64,000 bases of DNA. It comes from Octopus sinensis. Lineage: Eukaryota. The stretch covers positions 135,098,001-135,162,000 of the forward strand of contig NC_043000.1 of assembly GCF_006345805.1 (NCBI RefSeq), given 5' to 3'. The position numbers and the translations under genes are program-made. This document shows positions 37,601 to 52,145 of this stretch, piece after piece (position 1 is the stretch's first letter; every line of letters begins with the position of its first letter). The notes under the pieces were generated by a model, which was not told the origin of the DNA, did not search any database, and saw only the letters and a program-made list of their open reading frames with translations.

Positions 37601-39207
37601 AAAGTAATGGCTGGAAAATGAAAGAAAACCAAGAGTTCAGATAGAAAAACTAGACATTACAAGTCTTAATTAATTATAACATTTTAAGAACGATTATGAA
37701 ATGCGTACACAGAGAAAGAACGTTTTGGTTTACACATGTAAAATTACTATATATAAATAATAGGCGACTAGAAACATGATTTTAGGAAAGAAAAAAGATT
37801 GATTAACATAGTAAGGAGCAAGAAATCGAAGTGATGTCCTTTCTTTATATATAAGAAAACAATAGGTATAAAACAGAAGCTATGCAGACCGAAGAAAAGT
37901 AATAGGTAAGTAAACTGTGAAAGAGAAGATTAAAAATTTATTTGGAAATAATAAAGTGAGACTGTAAAACAAACAATTATAATTATCCCATACAACGACT
38001 AAAGAGAAAAAGTAGCAGGTATAAAACTTGGAAAAAAAACGATGAAAACTTTTTGACTAAAAACGAAAACAAAAAATTTTGCTTACATAGAAATCATTTA
38101 TTAGCAACCTAAAACAAAGCAATGTACTTGAGAAAGAGTATAAAATCAACTGCAAACTAAAAGAAATAATTTTATTTCTTGAAAATTAGTCCTATTAAAG
38201 AGAAGTATTTAGTTTTATGCTTTGAGAAACATAACGTGTTCAAATCAAAGCAGAAAAACGTTCCAAATGCGGTGTAACAATATTCTATGAAATGCTTTGT
38301 GTGTGTGTGTGTGTGAAAGAAAGAGAGATGGAGATGGGAGAAATAACTGTATTTTCAGATTTGAAAACAATTTGGAAACATGCAGTTTGATAAAAAAAAA
38401 AGAAAATTGTGGGACTGTTTTCAACAAACTATAAAGGTAGAAAAATTTGGAGACAACCGAAAATGCGATTAACTTTAATCCAGGTGCGAATAGAAAACTT
38501 TTACTTCTATAGTTTAAAAGCAGAGATTTATCTCAAATTACAATAATAATAGTAATAATTATTTCTTATTTTGTCTCCTTGGTACGACCAGAATCACCAG
38601 GTAAGTATTAGATATTTGAAGAGGACAAAAAACATGGTACCGAAGGCTGCATGTACAAGCCCCTCTGCTCATATATATATATAAAGATCAGTTACAGATC
38701 AATAATACTTTAGCCGAAGACTTTAGAGGGGTAAACAGATTAAGTATATCCTGCATTGGTTACCATTAGGATTTTGATGGCAAATCTCAATCATGAATTC
38801 TCTAAATATTAGAAACAAGCTAGTTCCAATAACATTTAGGTACACCAAGTATGTACACCAGGTAAATGAAAATCCAAACAAAAGTAGGAACAGTCATATC
38901 AAAACCCAACTTCAGCAATATTCTAAACCAGTTAAAAACCAATAATCTGAAACTGTATGGTAACGAATACAATAATTTATGACACTCAACCATCTTCAGT
39001 ATACAGATGACCTCAAATTGTATACTGTAAGTGATAAACAAGTAGTAACGAGATTATATATATACATTTATATACATGAGGTCATCTTGACCTTGTTATC
39101 TCCCCTACTTTCCCCCTCCCGTCTGACCATTTTGTCCGAGTCAGACGCCATGATAGATCGTTAGCCACTACACACATTTTTTTTCTCTCCTTGTTTTTTC
39201 TGTGTAC

Positions 39208-39243
39208 CTTTATGTAGAAGAGCGTAGGCTCGAAACCTAAAAG
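39208..39243 (+). ncRNA. Degenerate hammerhead remnant
   Basis: cttt-ATGTAGA-a-gagc-gtag-gctc-GAAAC-ct-a-aaag. Stems I and II are intact but the core is mutated. Confidence 0.4.
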
Positions 39244-39341
39244 ACTTTCCCTATTCCTGAGCGCTATACTAATACATCTGTTTGTTTTGTACACCACCTG
39301 CCTTCGTCTTTTGTTTTATTTTCGTAAACTTTCCCTATATA

Positions 39342-39377
<36 letters not shown>

Positions 39378-39865
39378 TGTATGTATGTATGTATGTATGT
39401 ATGTATGTATGTATGTATGTATGTATGTATGTATGTATGTATGTATGTATGTATGTATGTTTGTACGTATGTATGAATGTATGTATGTATGTATGTATGT
39501 ATGTATGTATTGCATAGATTAAGTAGGATTATTGGTTTGAAATTAAGCTAAACTACTGATATTATGTTATATGAAGAAACAGAGATACGAAAACCAGACT
39601 AAATCTAGACAAAAAGTACTTAAGAATTAAGTACTAAATGAAAATGCTTAGAAAGGAATATTATACATTAGTACTTGGGCATTAGTAAGTCATTAGTAGT
39701 AAGTATTCTATAAACTGGAAGCTAAGTTAGCAAAGCTACGTAAATGAATCACCGAAAATAATGATCGCATTTAGAATACACTACACCCAAAAACAATATG
39801 TTAGCAACGGATAGAGCGGGGTAGGAGTCTTCTCCAACTAAATAAATATTTACAGCAAGACTACA

Positions 39866-40290
39866 ATACTCTTTTACTCTTTTAGTTGTTTCAGTCATTT
39901 GACTGTGGTCATGCTGGAGCACCGTCTTCAGTCGAGCAAATCGACCCCAGGACTTATTCTTTGAAGGCCTAGTACTTATTCTATCGGTCGCTTTTGCCGA
40001 ACCGTTATGTTACGGGGACGTAAACACACCAGCATCGGTTGTCAAGCGATGTTGGGGGACAAACACAGACACAAACATATACACACACATACATACACAT
40101 ACATACACATACATATATACATATATACGACGGGCTTCTTTCAGTTTCCGTCTACCAAATCCACTCTCAAAGCTTTGGTCGGCCCGAGGCTATAGTAGAA
40201 GACACTTGCCGAAGGTGCCACGCAGTGGGACTGAACCCGGAACCATGTGATTGGTAAGCAAGCTACTTACCACACAGCCACTCCTACGCC
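39866..40290 (-). mobile_element. SINE family A inserted in the R4/Dong remnant
   Basis: Full reverse-complement copy. Confidence 0.9.
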
Positions 40291-41000
40291 AATAATATAT
40301 AGTAAAGAATAAAGGTAAAATAATGCAAACACTTAAAAAACAAACAAAACAAAGATTTTTCTCTGCCATCGGAGAAAACCAACAAGAAAAAAAGAGTGAA
40401 CACAAAATCTCAAGCTAAGACATTGATAAGACACATCCCTATTTTATCATGTAATGCTACTGGTCAATGAGAAAGTGGATAAAGGAAATATTCAGCGCTG
40501 AGTGTAAAGCCCAACATACAAATCCGAGATTAAAAGGTTTTTAATCGTAGTCTGTCTATATGAATGATTATCAAAAACATATGAAATAGAATACCTAAGT
40601 AACTACAGTATTTGAAGAGGCTGTAAAGAAACAATCTATCACATAGTTTCCAGGTATAAGAAAACTGAAAATGATAATAGACATGGAAGCGTTTGAGATT
40701 TTATTGACAAGAAGTTAAACCGACATTACAGAATGCGCACGAAAATAAATGGTACCAAAATGTATTGGCGATGTATTAGACTGTAAATAAGGGTACTTAT
40801 TTACGGTCTATTTCGTGGAGTGTTTACGCTATTTCATAAAGATATTCTATTATTAATAATACATTTTTTTAAAGAAAGAAAATTGTATGAAAAATATGTA
40901 TTCACTATCCATTTTTCATCTCCAATAAGAATTTCCAACACAAAACGAAAGAGAATGTAATACTTAGAAGCGATTCTCTCCCTTTAAGCACACATACACA

Positions 41001-41069
<69 letters not shown>

Positions 41070-41149
41070 TGCCATCATGTAGCAGCCTCCAGTGAACAGA
41101 ACATGTGTATCTATCATATGTAAAACATTAACTCATGAACATTCGATAT

Positions 41150-41640
41150 TTCGGTGTATCTAAGAAATACTTGTATGTTGAATATACAGGTGGTTTTACT
41201 TTGGAATGATTCGCGGAAAATGCACCCAAGTAGTGTGAGTAAGAAGATCCCTTTGCCATAATGTGGTCCCATGTTCCACTCGCCACTTTGCACTCCCTTG
41301 AGCGAATATCTACTACAACCGCTAGTCAATTTATGTCTTATGGATAGAATCAGATGTAAGAAAATCGTACGGATGCCAGTTGGGCGGGTCTTTGTTGACA
41401 GAATGAACCCATTCTCTAGTTTGATGCTACCGCCTGGCCTTGTATAACTTTAGAATTCATTATGTTGCAAGTTTTCGGACCAGGATTCTGTTCTGAGGAA
41501 AATTTGATATCTTGTTGTGATTCTTCCTACTGCAACAATTTATTATCGTGGTTCCTTTATGTCTGCCTCCAACCCAGCAGACTCAGGGACCTTGCATCAG
41601 TCATAAGCAATACTCTTCGTCATCTGACAAAACTATAAAA
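41150..41640 (-). mobile_element. Possible Ty3/Gypsy pol (RNase H region) remnant
   Basis: The minus strand gives RVLLMTDARSL (cf. TDAS), then degraded matches to the 'TDHRPL' and 'DAFSR' motifs in the expected order. Very decayed. Confidence 0.45.
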
Positions 41641-42971
41641 AAAGCACCGTGCTCTTATATTTCAATTGCACAGTAACAGACATTTTAAATCTCTGCTCAG
41701 TGTTCGTTTAATTACGATCCCCTCACGCCAAGAACAAACATAATTTATAGTCATATAAATAGAATGCGTCGTAATCTACTTAATCCAAAGAGGGGAAACT
41801 AATTTAGACATTGGTATTAGTTTCACGACTGTTAAAATGTTACTTCTACACCATCACAGCATTACAATTTTGTATAGGGAGGCATATGTCGAGAACTAAC
41901 GCCACCACTTTGAAAATTGACTCGCATAAGGTTAGTCGCATTTTGTATGTAAGACTAACAAATATTTCAACAATTCACAGAGAACTCTCGATATTTAAAA
42001 TGAAAATTACAACGCATGAAGTCAGTTCGATGCCCACACATGTTGCCAATACCGTGTGGTATAGTTGCTCTACAGCAAGTCTATACATAGGTACAGGCAT
42101 GTCTTTGTGATGAAGAGTTTCACAACCACGTCTTCTAGAGTTCGGTCCCATTGCATGGCCCTAAGATGCCTTTAATACTATGTGAATGAATTTGATAACC
42201 GGAAAATGTGTAGAAACCCGCTTTATATATGTGTGTATGTGTGTGCTTGCGTGGGCGTATGTGTGAAATCACGTGGCTAGTGATTAGGGTGTTGGGACCA
42301 TGTTCATAAAGTATTGGTTTCAGTTCTTGGATTGGGTGGTGATTTGTGTCCCTGGGCAAGGCACTTGACTTGTTCCTATCAGATCAGTTAAAAATGGGCA
42401 CCAGCCGAATACGGGAGAGCAGCTCACTGTCCTTCCAGCTGTTACACTGTGATGTGATTTGCCACTGGACAAAAAAAAAAAAAAGGATGGGAGAGTCAAG
42501 TGGGTGTCTATCATTGCTCGCTATTTCATAGGCACAAAATACAATTAATGAAAGCATGGTATAAACTACATACTCACCTGCAGGTGACAGCTGACTTTCA
42601 GACAGGGAGATGTGGATAAAATAGACCTCTCCTTCACGAATTTTCTTTTTTGTTTTGTTGTTGTTTTGTTTTGTATTTTTGTTGTTGTTGTTGTTGTTGT
42701 TTTGCTGTCGATTTGCTACAATACAAGACACATGTATATTTTCTTTCACTTCTGCTGAGGATTCCTTCGAGGTGAGACAAAATTTTTATTTTAAAATTTG
42801 ATACAAAGCCACCAATTTTAGCGGGAGTGAGTTAGTCGATTACGTTGACCCTGGTACTTAACAGGTACTTTACTTTTTCGACACTGAAAGGGTGAAAGGA
42901 AGAGTTAACCACCATGTTTTTGTTTTTTTGCTTTTTAACCCAGAGCCAGAAGAAAAGCTGTTAAGGTTTTG

Positions 42972-43389
42972 GGATCTTTTCGGTTTGAACGGCAGTTTTT
43001 TCTCACGGTTTCATATGAAATTGTCACCCATAATTATGACCCTAGTGTCGATCTATTGCATTTCAATCTGTTTTAGGGTTAGGGTTAGAGTTAGGGGTGG
43101 GAAAAGGGCATCTTTTTTTCTTCACAAATATTAATAAACCCAATCTGTTTCTTAAACGCGAGACATATTCATACGGCACAGAATGTTTTTTTACCTCAAT
43201 AGACGTCAGTTGGTTGAAATTGCAGAAATTGAAGAAAGAAAACAACAAATATCTTACAAACTATAGAATTTTCTCAATAAAGCTAAGAGAAAAAGATGTT
43301 TTATAAACACATTCTATCAGTATACGAAGTTTAAAATTTTTTAGTTACCTAGAAATTGTTAAAAACTGCAGCTCAAACCGAAAAGATTC
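42972..43389. mobile_element. MITE, GGATCTTTTC family
   Basis: TIR ggatcttttcggtttgaacggcag / ctgcagctcaaaccgaaaagattc. TSD aggttttg / gggttttg (7/8). Confidence 0.75.
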
Positions 43390-45234
43390 GGGTTTTGTTC
43401 AACGTGCTATGGGCGAAGCAAATAATGATCAAAATATGCTTAGTGGTATGAAAATTGTCCTCAGAGCAATTGCTCCAATTCTACATACACAATATTTATC
43501 ACTAAAGTTAGATATAAAAGACAAAAATACCAACAGTTAAGCAAGCAGATAAACAACTCGAGCACCGACAGATAAAATTATTGCAGTTTTATTGTAAGTG
43601 ATTAAATCTAACAGTTGAGTGTCTGGCAATTTCCTGAAAAGGCCACTTTATTATGTACATGTTTTCCTTAAAAGCAAGCAAACAGCACGTATAAACGAAT
43701 ATATTTTCATCAAGATACGAACATAGATAGGCTATGAGGTCGTTTGATTTGCTGAAAATAGTTGTCAAATCTCGCCCAAATTTTAACCTAACCGTCTTAA
43801 AAACGGTAATTAGCGAAGGATAATGTAGTTCTGGATATACTTCGTCTGAAAAATTTAGACAGAATTATTATTTCAGATCAGAGCAGACTTGAGACGAAGC
43901 AACAGCGATGTAGAATGAGAATAAAAATTTAGAAAGAGAGAAAGCGAGAGAGAGAGAGAGAGGGGGGGGAATGGAAGAGTGAGTAAAGGGAGTGAATCAG
44001 GCCTAAATTTTCTCCACACACATACTTACGCTTAACACACACAAACACACACAAACCAAAAAGGCACGTAATGATTTTCTCCTCCTTTCATTCTGAACCT
44101 TGTCTTTCTCTTTCCGTCTACAACCTACCTCTTTCCTTTCCATCCTCCCCTTCCTCCATCCTTTTTCTAAATTAACTTTAAGTTGCTTTATGCCTTATTA
44201 TTGCATATATTGTTTTCTTTATCTTTTTCCATCATTCGCTGTTAATGGAATCTTAATTACATTGAAAAACTGTTATTAGCTTTCTGTTCTAAGTTTCATT
44301 TGTCGCCAATTCCATGCAGAGAAAGAACAAACCAATAACCATTTGCTATTTCTGATACCATTTTTCCTTCTGTGAGATATTTTTTTTTCTTTTGTCCTTG
44401 TTGTTTTACTTTTCATTTTCCTTCTTCTGACAACCTATTTCTGTCATTTATATGCAGCGTCACAGTTGTATACAAAACAAAATTGAGTAAATTAGCATAA
44501 AATAATATATAATGTGAGAAAAGATATCGGTTAAATAACTAAAAGGAAACTTTGAACTAGAAACTACATTTATTTATATCTTCGTTAGCTAACATGTACG
44601 CAAGCACACATACACATGCGCAAAAAACACACATGCACAGACACGCATGCACATACATAAGATAATACGTAAATAACTTCTTGTTTAAAGAACATGATTG
44701 AGTGTCTGGAAAAATATTTAAATACATGTATTCATTTTAATATGTTTAGTTGACTTTTGTTTGAAAATCGAAGTATAAGTTTACTATCGATTACAGTATA
44801 TATCCTTCATAAACTCGTCTTCCTAGCGTTCAGAATAATTTTTCTATCGTCTTGGCTTACCAGCCCTCACCGTTTGTTTTTACTGTTTTGTTCTCACTGT
44901 CCTGGTCTTGTTACCACTTTCACCCTCCGCAAAAAATTCAAAATTTTATTTGATTTGCTATGCGGGAAGGACTGTTTCAACGAAGACGCGTCTTGTCCTT
45001 GCCTTCGAACGTGGAGTAGATGAAACAGGGACAACTGAAGAGGGAGAATATTCTTTATGTTGTATGTCTCGTTTATCTGTTTGTTTTTTTCATTGTTCGA
45101 AGAAAAGTTCGTTATCTATGTTTTTGCTTTTATGTTTTCGTTTCTCATTCTGTTCAACGTTTTTTCTTATGTACTGTACCCATATATGCATGTATATATA
45201 CATATATATGTAGGTATGTATATATGCATATATT

Positions 45235-45284
<50 letters not shown>

Positions 45285-45419
45285 ATAATGATTGCTTCAT
45301 CTTGATAGACGATAGCCGTCCCATCAACAAACACACCACACCCCATCACACAGCCTAATCCCTCTGTTGATGACCCTCCAGATGACTTTTGAGACCAGCT
45401 GCTGACTGACAGGGTTTAA

Positions 45420-46075
45420 AACACTAGTAATGGATGTTATTCAAGTTTCTTCTATATCTTTGCCCTTTGGAATCTGATTCTGAAGGAATGTTTTTGTGAA
45501 CTAGCATATGTCTTTTAAATCCAGATTTTGTCTTACAGGTTTTGTGACATACGACACAAGTCGTAAGAGGCGGTTGGTGTCCAACATTATTACCAGCCTG
45601 GGCATTTCGATTTTCGTATGATTTCATATGATTTACGTATCCTGCTCTTGACAACAACACGATCACACATAATATATATCCAATGTTCCTTGTTGATTTC
45701 AGTTCCAGTTGTTCCTTTGCGACAGGCCCTATTAAATTCTGGGTGCTGAATCATTTTTTCCTCCTATGTATTGCAACCAGCCCTAACAGCACCTCTCCAC
45801 CTGTTCCGATCTAGAGTATCATTTTCCCAATCACTTTTATTCATATCTAGTTTTTTTTTTTTTTCATTTTTCCTTCACACAGTCTTTATACCTTTTCCTT
45901 GGCTTATCCTGTGGTCACTTACCAGAGTTGAGCTCACCATAAAAAAGACGCTTTGGCAATCGCTCATCTTTCATTCTAATAACATGTCCAGTCCATCCCA
46001 TTCGAGCCAGGATAACATGTTGTTCAACTGAGCTACAACGAGCCATGCGCAAAACTTCTGTATCTAGTATGAAAT
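45420..46075 (-). mobile_element. RTE (BovB-like) LINE 3' remnant
   Basis: MGWTGHVIRMKDERLPKRLFYGELNSGK, followed by the terminal CVVCHKTCKTKSGFKRHMLVH finger typical of RTE ORF ends. Confidence 0.85.
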
Positions 46076-47391
46076 ATTCCCATATGTGTGTGCGAGAGAG
46101 ATATTGTGTGCGTGTGTGCGCGCGCGCGTAGTTGAATTTCTCAAAGATGGGAGCATATATATATATAGTGCTTGGCGCAAGAGAACAATTCTCCAGGAAA
46201 TCTAGCACTAAAGAAACCAAACTGGTGAACACTGATAAGACCTAAGATGGTGAAGTAGACTTTAAATCAAAACTATACCATACGGTCCCATTTCGTTTTG
46301 TTTCCTATATGCAGGGAAACAAGAATCACACTATTCGTTTTCTTTCTTTTAATGCGGTAAGTTGAGATTTGAAGGAGATTAGGCTGTTATTTCTAGACGG
46401 TCGCGTGATCATGTAGAAGCGCCTTCCTTTATTTTTGATTAACGATGTTTGACCCATAATGTTGAGAGAGCAGTAAAAGTAATTCTTTATGTGTGTAATG
46501 CTGAACTGAATGCAAAATTGATTAACCAATCCAGTGGCGGCCATTATAAGGAATGCTACTTACAAGACCATTGTGATTATTTAATTGCAGATAAGATGAT
46601 TCTCCAAAGTTAACAGAGATTTTCTTGTCAAAGAATCAGAAGACCCAACAAGAACTAAGTAGGCGAGAGACGGTGTTCCCTCTAAGGTGCGTGTTTGTGC
46701 GATGTGCACATGTGTTTTAAAACTAACGCACAAAAGAAATGTTCACACACTAGGAGAAAAGGCAGGGCCCCTAATTTAATATTTGAAAGGGCCTCCGCTT
46801 TAGGGCAGGGAGGAAGCAGAAGCAATGGCTCATGAATTATTTCAGTGCGAAACAGTGCATTAATATATCAAGTTCTCCTCGGATAGGGCATCCGTTCCAA
46901 CTGATTGCAACACAGCGAACTCCGTTAAAGAGCGCCCTCGAGAATTGGAAGGGAAAGGTTTAAATCGAACAATGGATTAAGTCTGCTACTCAAGAATAGG
47001 CATAGTTTGACAATCTTCTACGTAGTTTCTGTCTGCCTAGAGACATTTACCGCTGTTGGCGTGATGTAGGAGTGAACTTGAAATCATAATAGAACGATGT
47101 AAAATTTATAACCACACAACTATGCCTACGTTACTAAATTCTTTCAGTCTGCTACACACAAAGATTAAATTTAAACAAATTTATATTATTCAAATTACTA
47201 ACTACATCAAAGAAGTATACGTGGGGGGTTTTTAACTCACAGATCAGATGCGCGTCATATCAAAAATACTTCTTCTCCATGAATCCTGAAAATGCAACAC
47301 AGAAAAAAGGAGAAACACAGAAATTGGGAGAATCGTTCAATTTTGCTTATTTAACATAGAACCCAGTAAAAAATTATCTCTAACGTATATT

Positions 47392-47800
47392 GTATTGGCA
47401 TCCTTTCTGTCTCGGGAGACAATGGAGTTGCGCATGAAGTAGTCTAGTCCGGCTTTTATATTTCATGTCCTGATACATTTCCTGCTGTGGCTGTGTAGTC
47501 CTATCCTGGACAAACACTCCCTCTGGCAGGTACCGCAAATGTAGCGAAGACTGTTCCTGGCTGGTTGTAGTGTCATAGTCTCTTGTTTACGTCTCTTCCT
47601 TTCTTTCCATTTCTCCTCTCTCTCTCTCTGTCACTCCTTTGTATTCCCTCTTTTACTGTACGTCGCCATTCTCCACGGTTGCCGGCAACTGCCTCCCAAC
47701 CGCTAATATTGATGTTGCAGGCCTTCATATCCCTTTTGCAAACATCCTTGCAAACATCCTAACGTATATACACAGGGTCAATTCTATTTTAAGAATCTGT
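47392..47800 (-). mobile_element. RTE LINE 3' end with 3' UTR
   Basis: DVCKRDMKACNINISGWEAVAGNRGEWRRTVKEG... then, after a frameshift in a (GA)n run, ...YICGTCQRECLSRIGLHSHSRKC*. UTR ends ccattgtctcccgagacagaaaggatgccaatacaa. Confidence 0.85.
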
Positions 47801-48329
47801 GTAACTGGTATGTGTTGCACCAACAACGGTTCGACTTCAAGGATATTCGAGCTTATAACCTATAACTAGCTGGATTCAAGGTATGGTAGTATGATTAAAA
47901 AGTTTGTATCGCTATCACATACATCCGACTTCGATTCCACAGTACATCACCTCGAGCAGGTTTCTGTCTCTTTATAGCTTTGTGGTATGCTACGCACTCT
48001 CAAATCTTCCGACGCACCGACTCAGTTAGGATCACAAAGAAACTCAAAGACATGTGTTAAATATTTATCCCACACAAATAATTCTTCAGAAAACTTTCTA
48101 AATTCTTCTGGAGAGAGATATAAATTAGATAAATCGATCCCGTAGAGAGTCCTGGACTAAATATTTTTTAAGACTTTTTATCCAGTCCAATACCCACTGC
48201 TGCAATGAAAATCAACATTACCACTGAGAAAATATATATAAAAAAAAAAAAAAAATATTCATAATAAAAACAGAATACTTGTTTGAAGTAAAATATTCTT
48301 CAAGATACTTTTCCCCAGACAGAAATGGA

Positions 48330-48357
48330 AAATACAATATATATATACATACATATA

Positions 48358-48446
<89 letters not shown>

Positions 48447-48457
48447 ATATATATATA

Positions 48458-48523
<66 letters not shown>

Positions 48524-48530
48524 TATATAT

Positions 48531-48573
<43 letters not shown>

Positions 48574-48600
48574 TACACACACATATATATATATATATAT
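48330..48600. repeat. (TA)n microsatellite
   Basis: Directly visible. Confidence 0.97.
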
Positions 48601-49482
48601 AAAACAACAATCAGATTCTAAATAATTAGGTTAATTCACTTGTGTATATCCAATGCTTTGCTTATGTTAGAGGAAGAATTCTCTACTACCCTTTTCTTTT
48701 ATTCGCTTCTTCACTTTTCTATTATATAAGAGATGAAATGTAATAAACTGCGAAACAGTGTTGGCCATAATAGTCATTGAAGTAAAGAGATATTTTCTGA
48801 ACAAAAGTTATTTACATCATATACGTATATTAACCTACCCACGCATACATATCGGTGCGTGTAAGTGTGTATGTCTAGCGTGTTCAGATACACAGATGCA
48901 ACATACACATACATATAGGCATAACATGAATATATATAAATACATACATATGCACATACATACATGTGTATTCAGAGAGAGAGAGAGAGAGAGAGCAATT
49001 TGTGTGTATGTGAGTGGATGCCGTATTGCCGAACGATGAACATAAGGTAGGACAATTGCTTTGCTGATAATACCTACAGAAGCTGAAGTACTTAACCAGA
49101 ACTGTGTTTTGTTTCTTTCTTTCTTTTCTTTTTCTTTTTTCTTTTTTTGTCTTCAAACAATCAGATTGGTTTTGTTTGGCGAGAAGGCAGTTCTTGCCAT
49201 GTCAATTTTGCCATGTTAATTCCTAAGATTATCACTTGCTCTGATTTGGAATAGGTACTAGTTGTCAACAAGCGATTGGTCAAACATCTCTGAAGTGGAG
49301 GTAGCTTAAATAAATCAAGAATTTATCTGTAATGTGTATATATTGAGAGTAGCTATATCAAGTGCCACATATTAGACGAGATTCTTCGCAATAGCAGTGT
49401 AGCCCAAAACGGCGGTGCATCAGCATGGCCGCAGCTCTGAGCTGAAACCAGAGAAATTTTTAAAAAATACAAGTATATACGT

Positions 49483-49558
<76 letters not shown>

Positions 49559-50055
49559 TAGTGAGACGATGTGGACAAAACAAAGAGAAAAACTAACAGA
49601 GGAGGAAATACCCTCGGCCGCCGTGTTTTACCAATTCGTAACCGTTTTGCCACTAGAAACATCAATCGTTCGTGAATCGTTCGTCCGGAAATTACAAGAA
49701 ATTATTAATAAGGTAGAATGCAGAACACACTGCGAAATTTTGCGATTAGAATGAAACACATGGAGGAATACAGAGTATGTGACGAAACATCGATGCGAGT
49801 TATCTCGTTTGTCTATGATAAGGATATATTCTCAAGGATATATCCTCTAACGCTTATAAGCACAACCTAACCACGAACTAGCAAAAAAAAAATACCTTGT
49901 GAATGTGTGTTCGATTTTGTTTATATCCCTCGAACTGTTTTTAATCATAATTCATATAAGAATATATATAGATAATAAAAGAAATGGAGAAAAAACAATA
50001 AAAAAAACAAGGTACATGTAAAGTATTAGTAAGACTCTCAGAGGAGGAAAGAAAG

Positions 50056-50170
<115 letters not shown>

Positions 50171-50507
50171 AGAAAAAGAAAATGGAGATTGGGAAGTTAA
50201 TTATTTATTATTAACAACAAATCAAACATCATGCCTTACAGCTGTTTCGATTAAGACTCAATGAATTAATTAAATATTAAATTCATATGCCCTGACCATA
50301 ATATATTCAGAGGGAAAAAAATATATTCTTGGATGTTTTATATATATGTTAATGCATTCGTTATATCAGACTGAATGATACTGTTTATGAATATAGACAA
50401 TATGTTTTTATATAAATACCTATTATTTTAAGGAAATCAATTCCCCCAGAATGTTAGGTATTGAACCAGTATTCCTTGGATGACACCATCCCTTCATGAA
50501 ACTAACG

Positions 50508-51138
50508 GGATATTTTCCTTTTGATGGACGGAATTTTCTAGTTAACTAAACAATTTGAAACTTCGTATACTGGTAGAATGTGTCAAAAGAAAACATTAAT
50601 TTCACTTAGCTTTTTTGAGAAAATTGTATTTTGTAAGTTTTACGTAGTTTAATTCTTCGAATTTTAACCAATCGTATTCTCTGTTTTGAGCTGTTTAACC
50701 AATCGTATTCTCTGTTTTGAGCTGAAATCATTTTCTGCGTCTAAACATACTGTTACTGTGACGTAAACAGCTATTTTGTGACGTAGTTAACGTAAAGGCG
50801 GCTATTGCTCTCTAATAATCGCTTGCTTTTTATTTACTTAATGCATTCTTCACTTCGGCATACTGGGCAGAGATCGCTTAGCTGTGACGTACTACGTCAC
50901 AAAATAGCTGTCTACGTCACAGTAACAGTATGTTTAGACGCAGAAATTATTTCAGCTCAAAACAGAGAATACGATTGGTTAAAATTCGAAGAATTAAACT
51001 ACGTAAAACTTACAAAATACAATTTTCTCAAAAAAGCCAAGTGAAATTAATGTTTTCTTTTAACGCATTCTACCAATACACGAAGTTTTAAATTGTTTAG
51101 TTAACTAGAAAATTCCGTCCATCAAAAGGAAAAGATCC
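50508..51138. mobile_element. MITE/fold-back element, GGATCTTTTC family, with ~250-bp inverted arms
   Basis: Long near-perfect inverted arms. Perfect 8-bp TSD aactaacg at 50500-50507 and 51139-51146. Confidence 0.9.
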
Positions 51139-51576
51139 AACTAACGTAACCTCGAATTGAATTTATGTGTGTGCGCGTGAGTATGTCTGTGTGTGTGTGT
51201 ACATGTATGTGTATATATCTATGTATATATACGCATACACATGTACACAAGTATACAAAGGGGTTATTTTTATTAGCAAACAAGAGAAAAATACTCAATG
51301 CATATTGTAGACTATAGCTATTTATTTCAAGCGATTTGTGTCTCTTGTGTTGCCATTCATAGTTTACGGGCTTCATGTAGCACGGGAAACTCCGAGTAAC
51401 AACTCAAGGAAATCTAGCTTGGAAAATACAAATAATTTCATTTTGATTCCACTTTTCTCGTCTCTAGATATTAAATCTAGATAATCTGTCAATTACATAT
51501 AAAAACTATAGATATACTCCGTGTACTGAAAAGCATTGAAAGAAACCACTGTTAAGGCAGCCACAATTCATATAGA

Positions 51577-51615
<39 letters not shown>

Positions 51616-51769
51616 TTATGGTATATGGCTTATGATAAAGTCTGTTTTTAACTATACACATCTGCGAGTAGATTTTACAGAATGCTATGCTTCATTAAGT
51701 TCACGTTACTGGTAGCATTTGTTTTTGATTCTTCAAATTGTCAACTCATTTGAAGAATGTAAGAAGTTG

Positions 51770-51822
51770 ATGTATAATAATAATAATACTGATGATGATG
51801 ATGGTGGTGGTGGTGGTGGTGG

Positions 51823-51905
<83 letters not shown>

Positions 51906-51967
51906 GCTATTGCCTGCTCTCACAGAATCTACTAGAACAAACAAGACCGAGCGTTCTGAGAAGTATG

Positions 51968-52028
<61 letters not shown>

Positions 52029-52071
52029 TAACAATAACAACAACAACACCAATAATAATAATAACAACAAC

Positions 52072-52117
<46 letters not shown>

Positions 52118-52145
52118 TAATAATAATAAGTATAAATAATTATAA
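51770..52145. repeat. Compound (AAT)n/(GAT)n/(GGT)n/(AAC)n trinucleotide tract
   Basis: Directly visible. Confidence 0.95.

Larger units (their letters stand above)
38560..40750 (+). mobile_element. Heavily decayed R4/Dong-type non-LTR retrotransposon (RT to zinc knuckle), interrupted
   Basis: LNHLQYTDDLKLY (38979 ORF) matches HLLYMDDLKLY. Downstream remnants resemble YKYLG (~39670), GGRGL (~39820) and 'C...ETI.HIVS.C...RH' (GCKETIYHIVSR...RHGSV, ~40620-40700). Many stops. Confidence 0.65.

Noticed and set aside
43073-43096. Interstitial telomeric (TTAGGG) repeat
   Set aside because: Only four imperfect units, lying inside a TIR/TSD-bounded MITE.
44981-45050. Permuted hammerhead (gaagacgcgtc-ttgtcc ... 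ggacaa-CTGAAGA)
   Set aside because: A stem I pairing and CUGAAGA exist, but GAAAC is interrupted and no stem II can be formed. Worth rechecking only on a family consensus.
45424-45666. C2H2-like motif as a host zinc-finger gene
   Set aside because: It is a single finger directly downstream of RTE RT-thumb motifs (WTGHVIRM...LPKRLFYGEL), i.e. the normal RTE ORF C-terminus.
49569-49754. 61-aa non-repetitive ORF (MWTKQREKLTEEE...)
   Set aside because: Short, no recognisable domain, no convincing splice signals on both sides.
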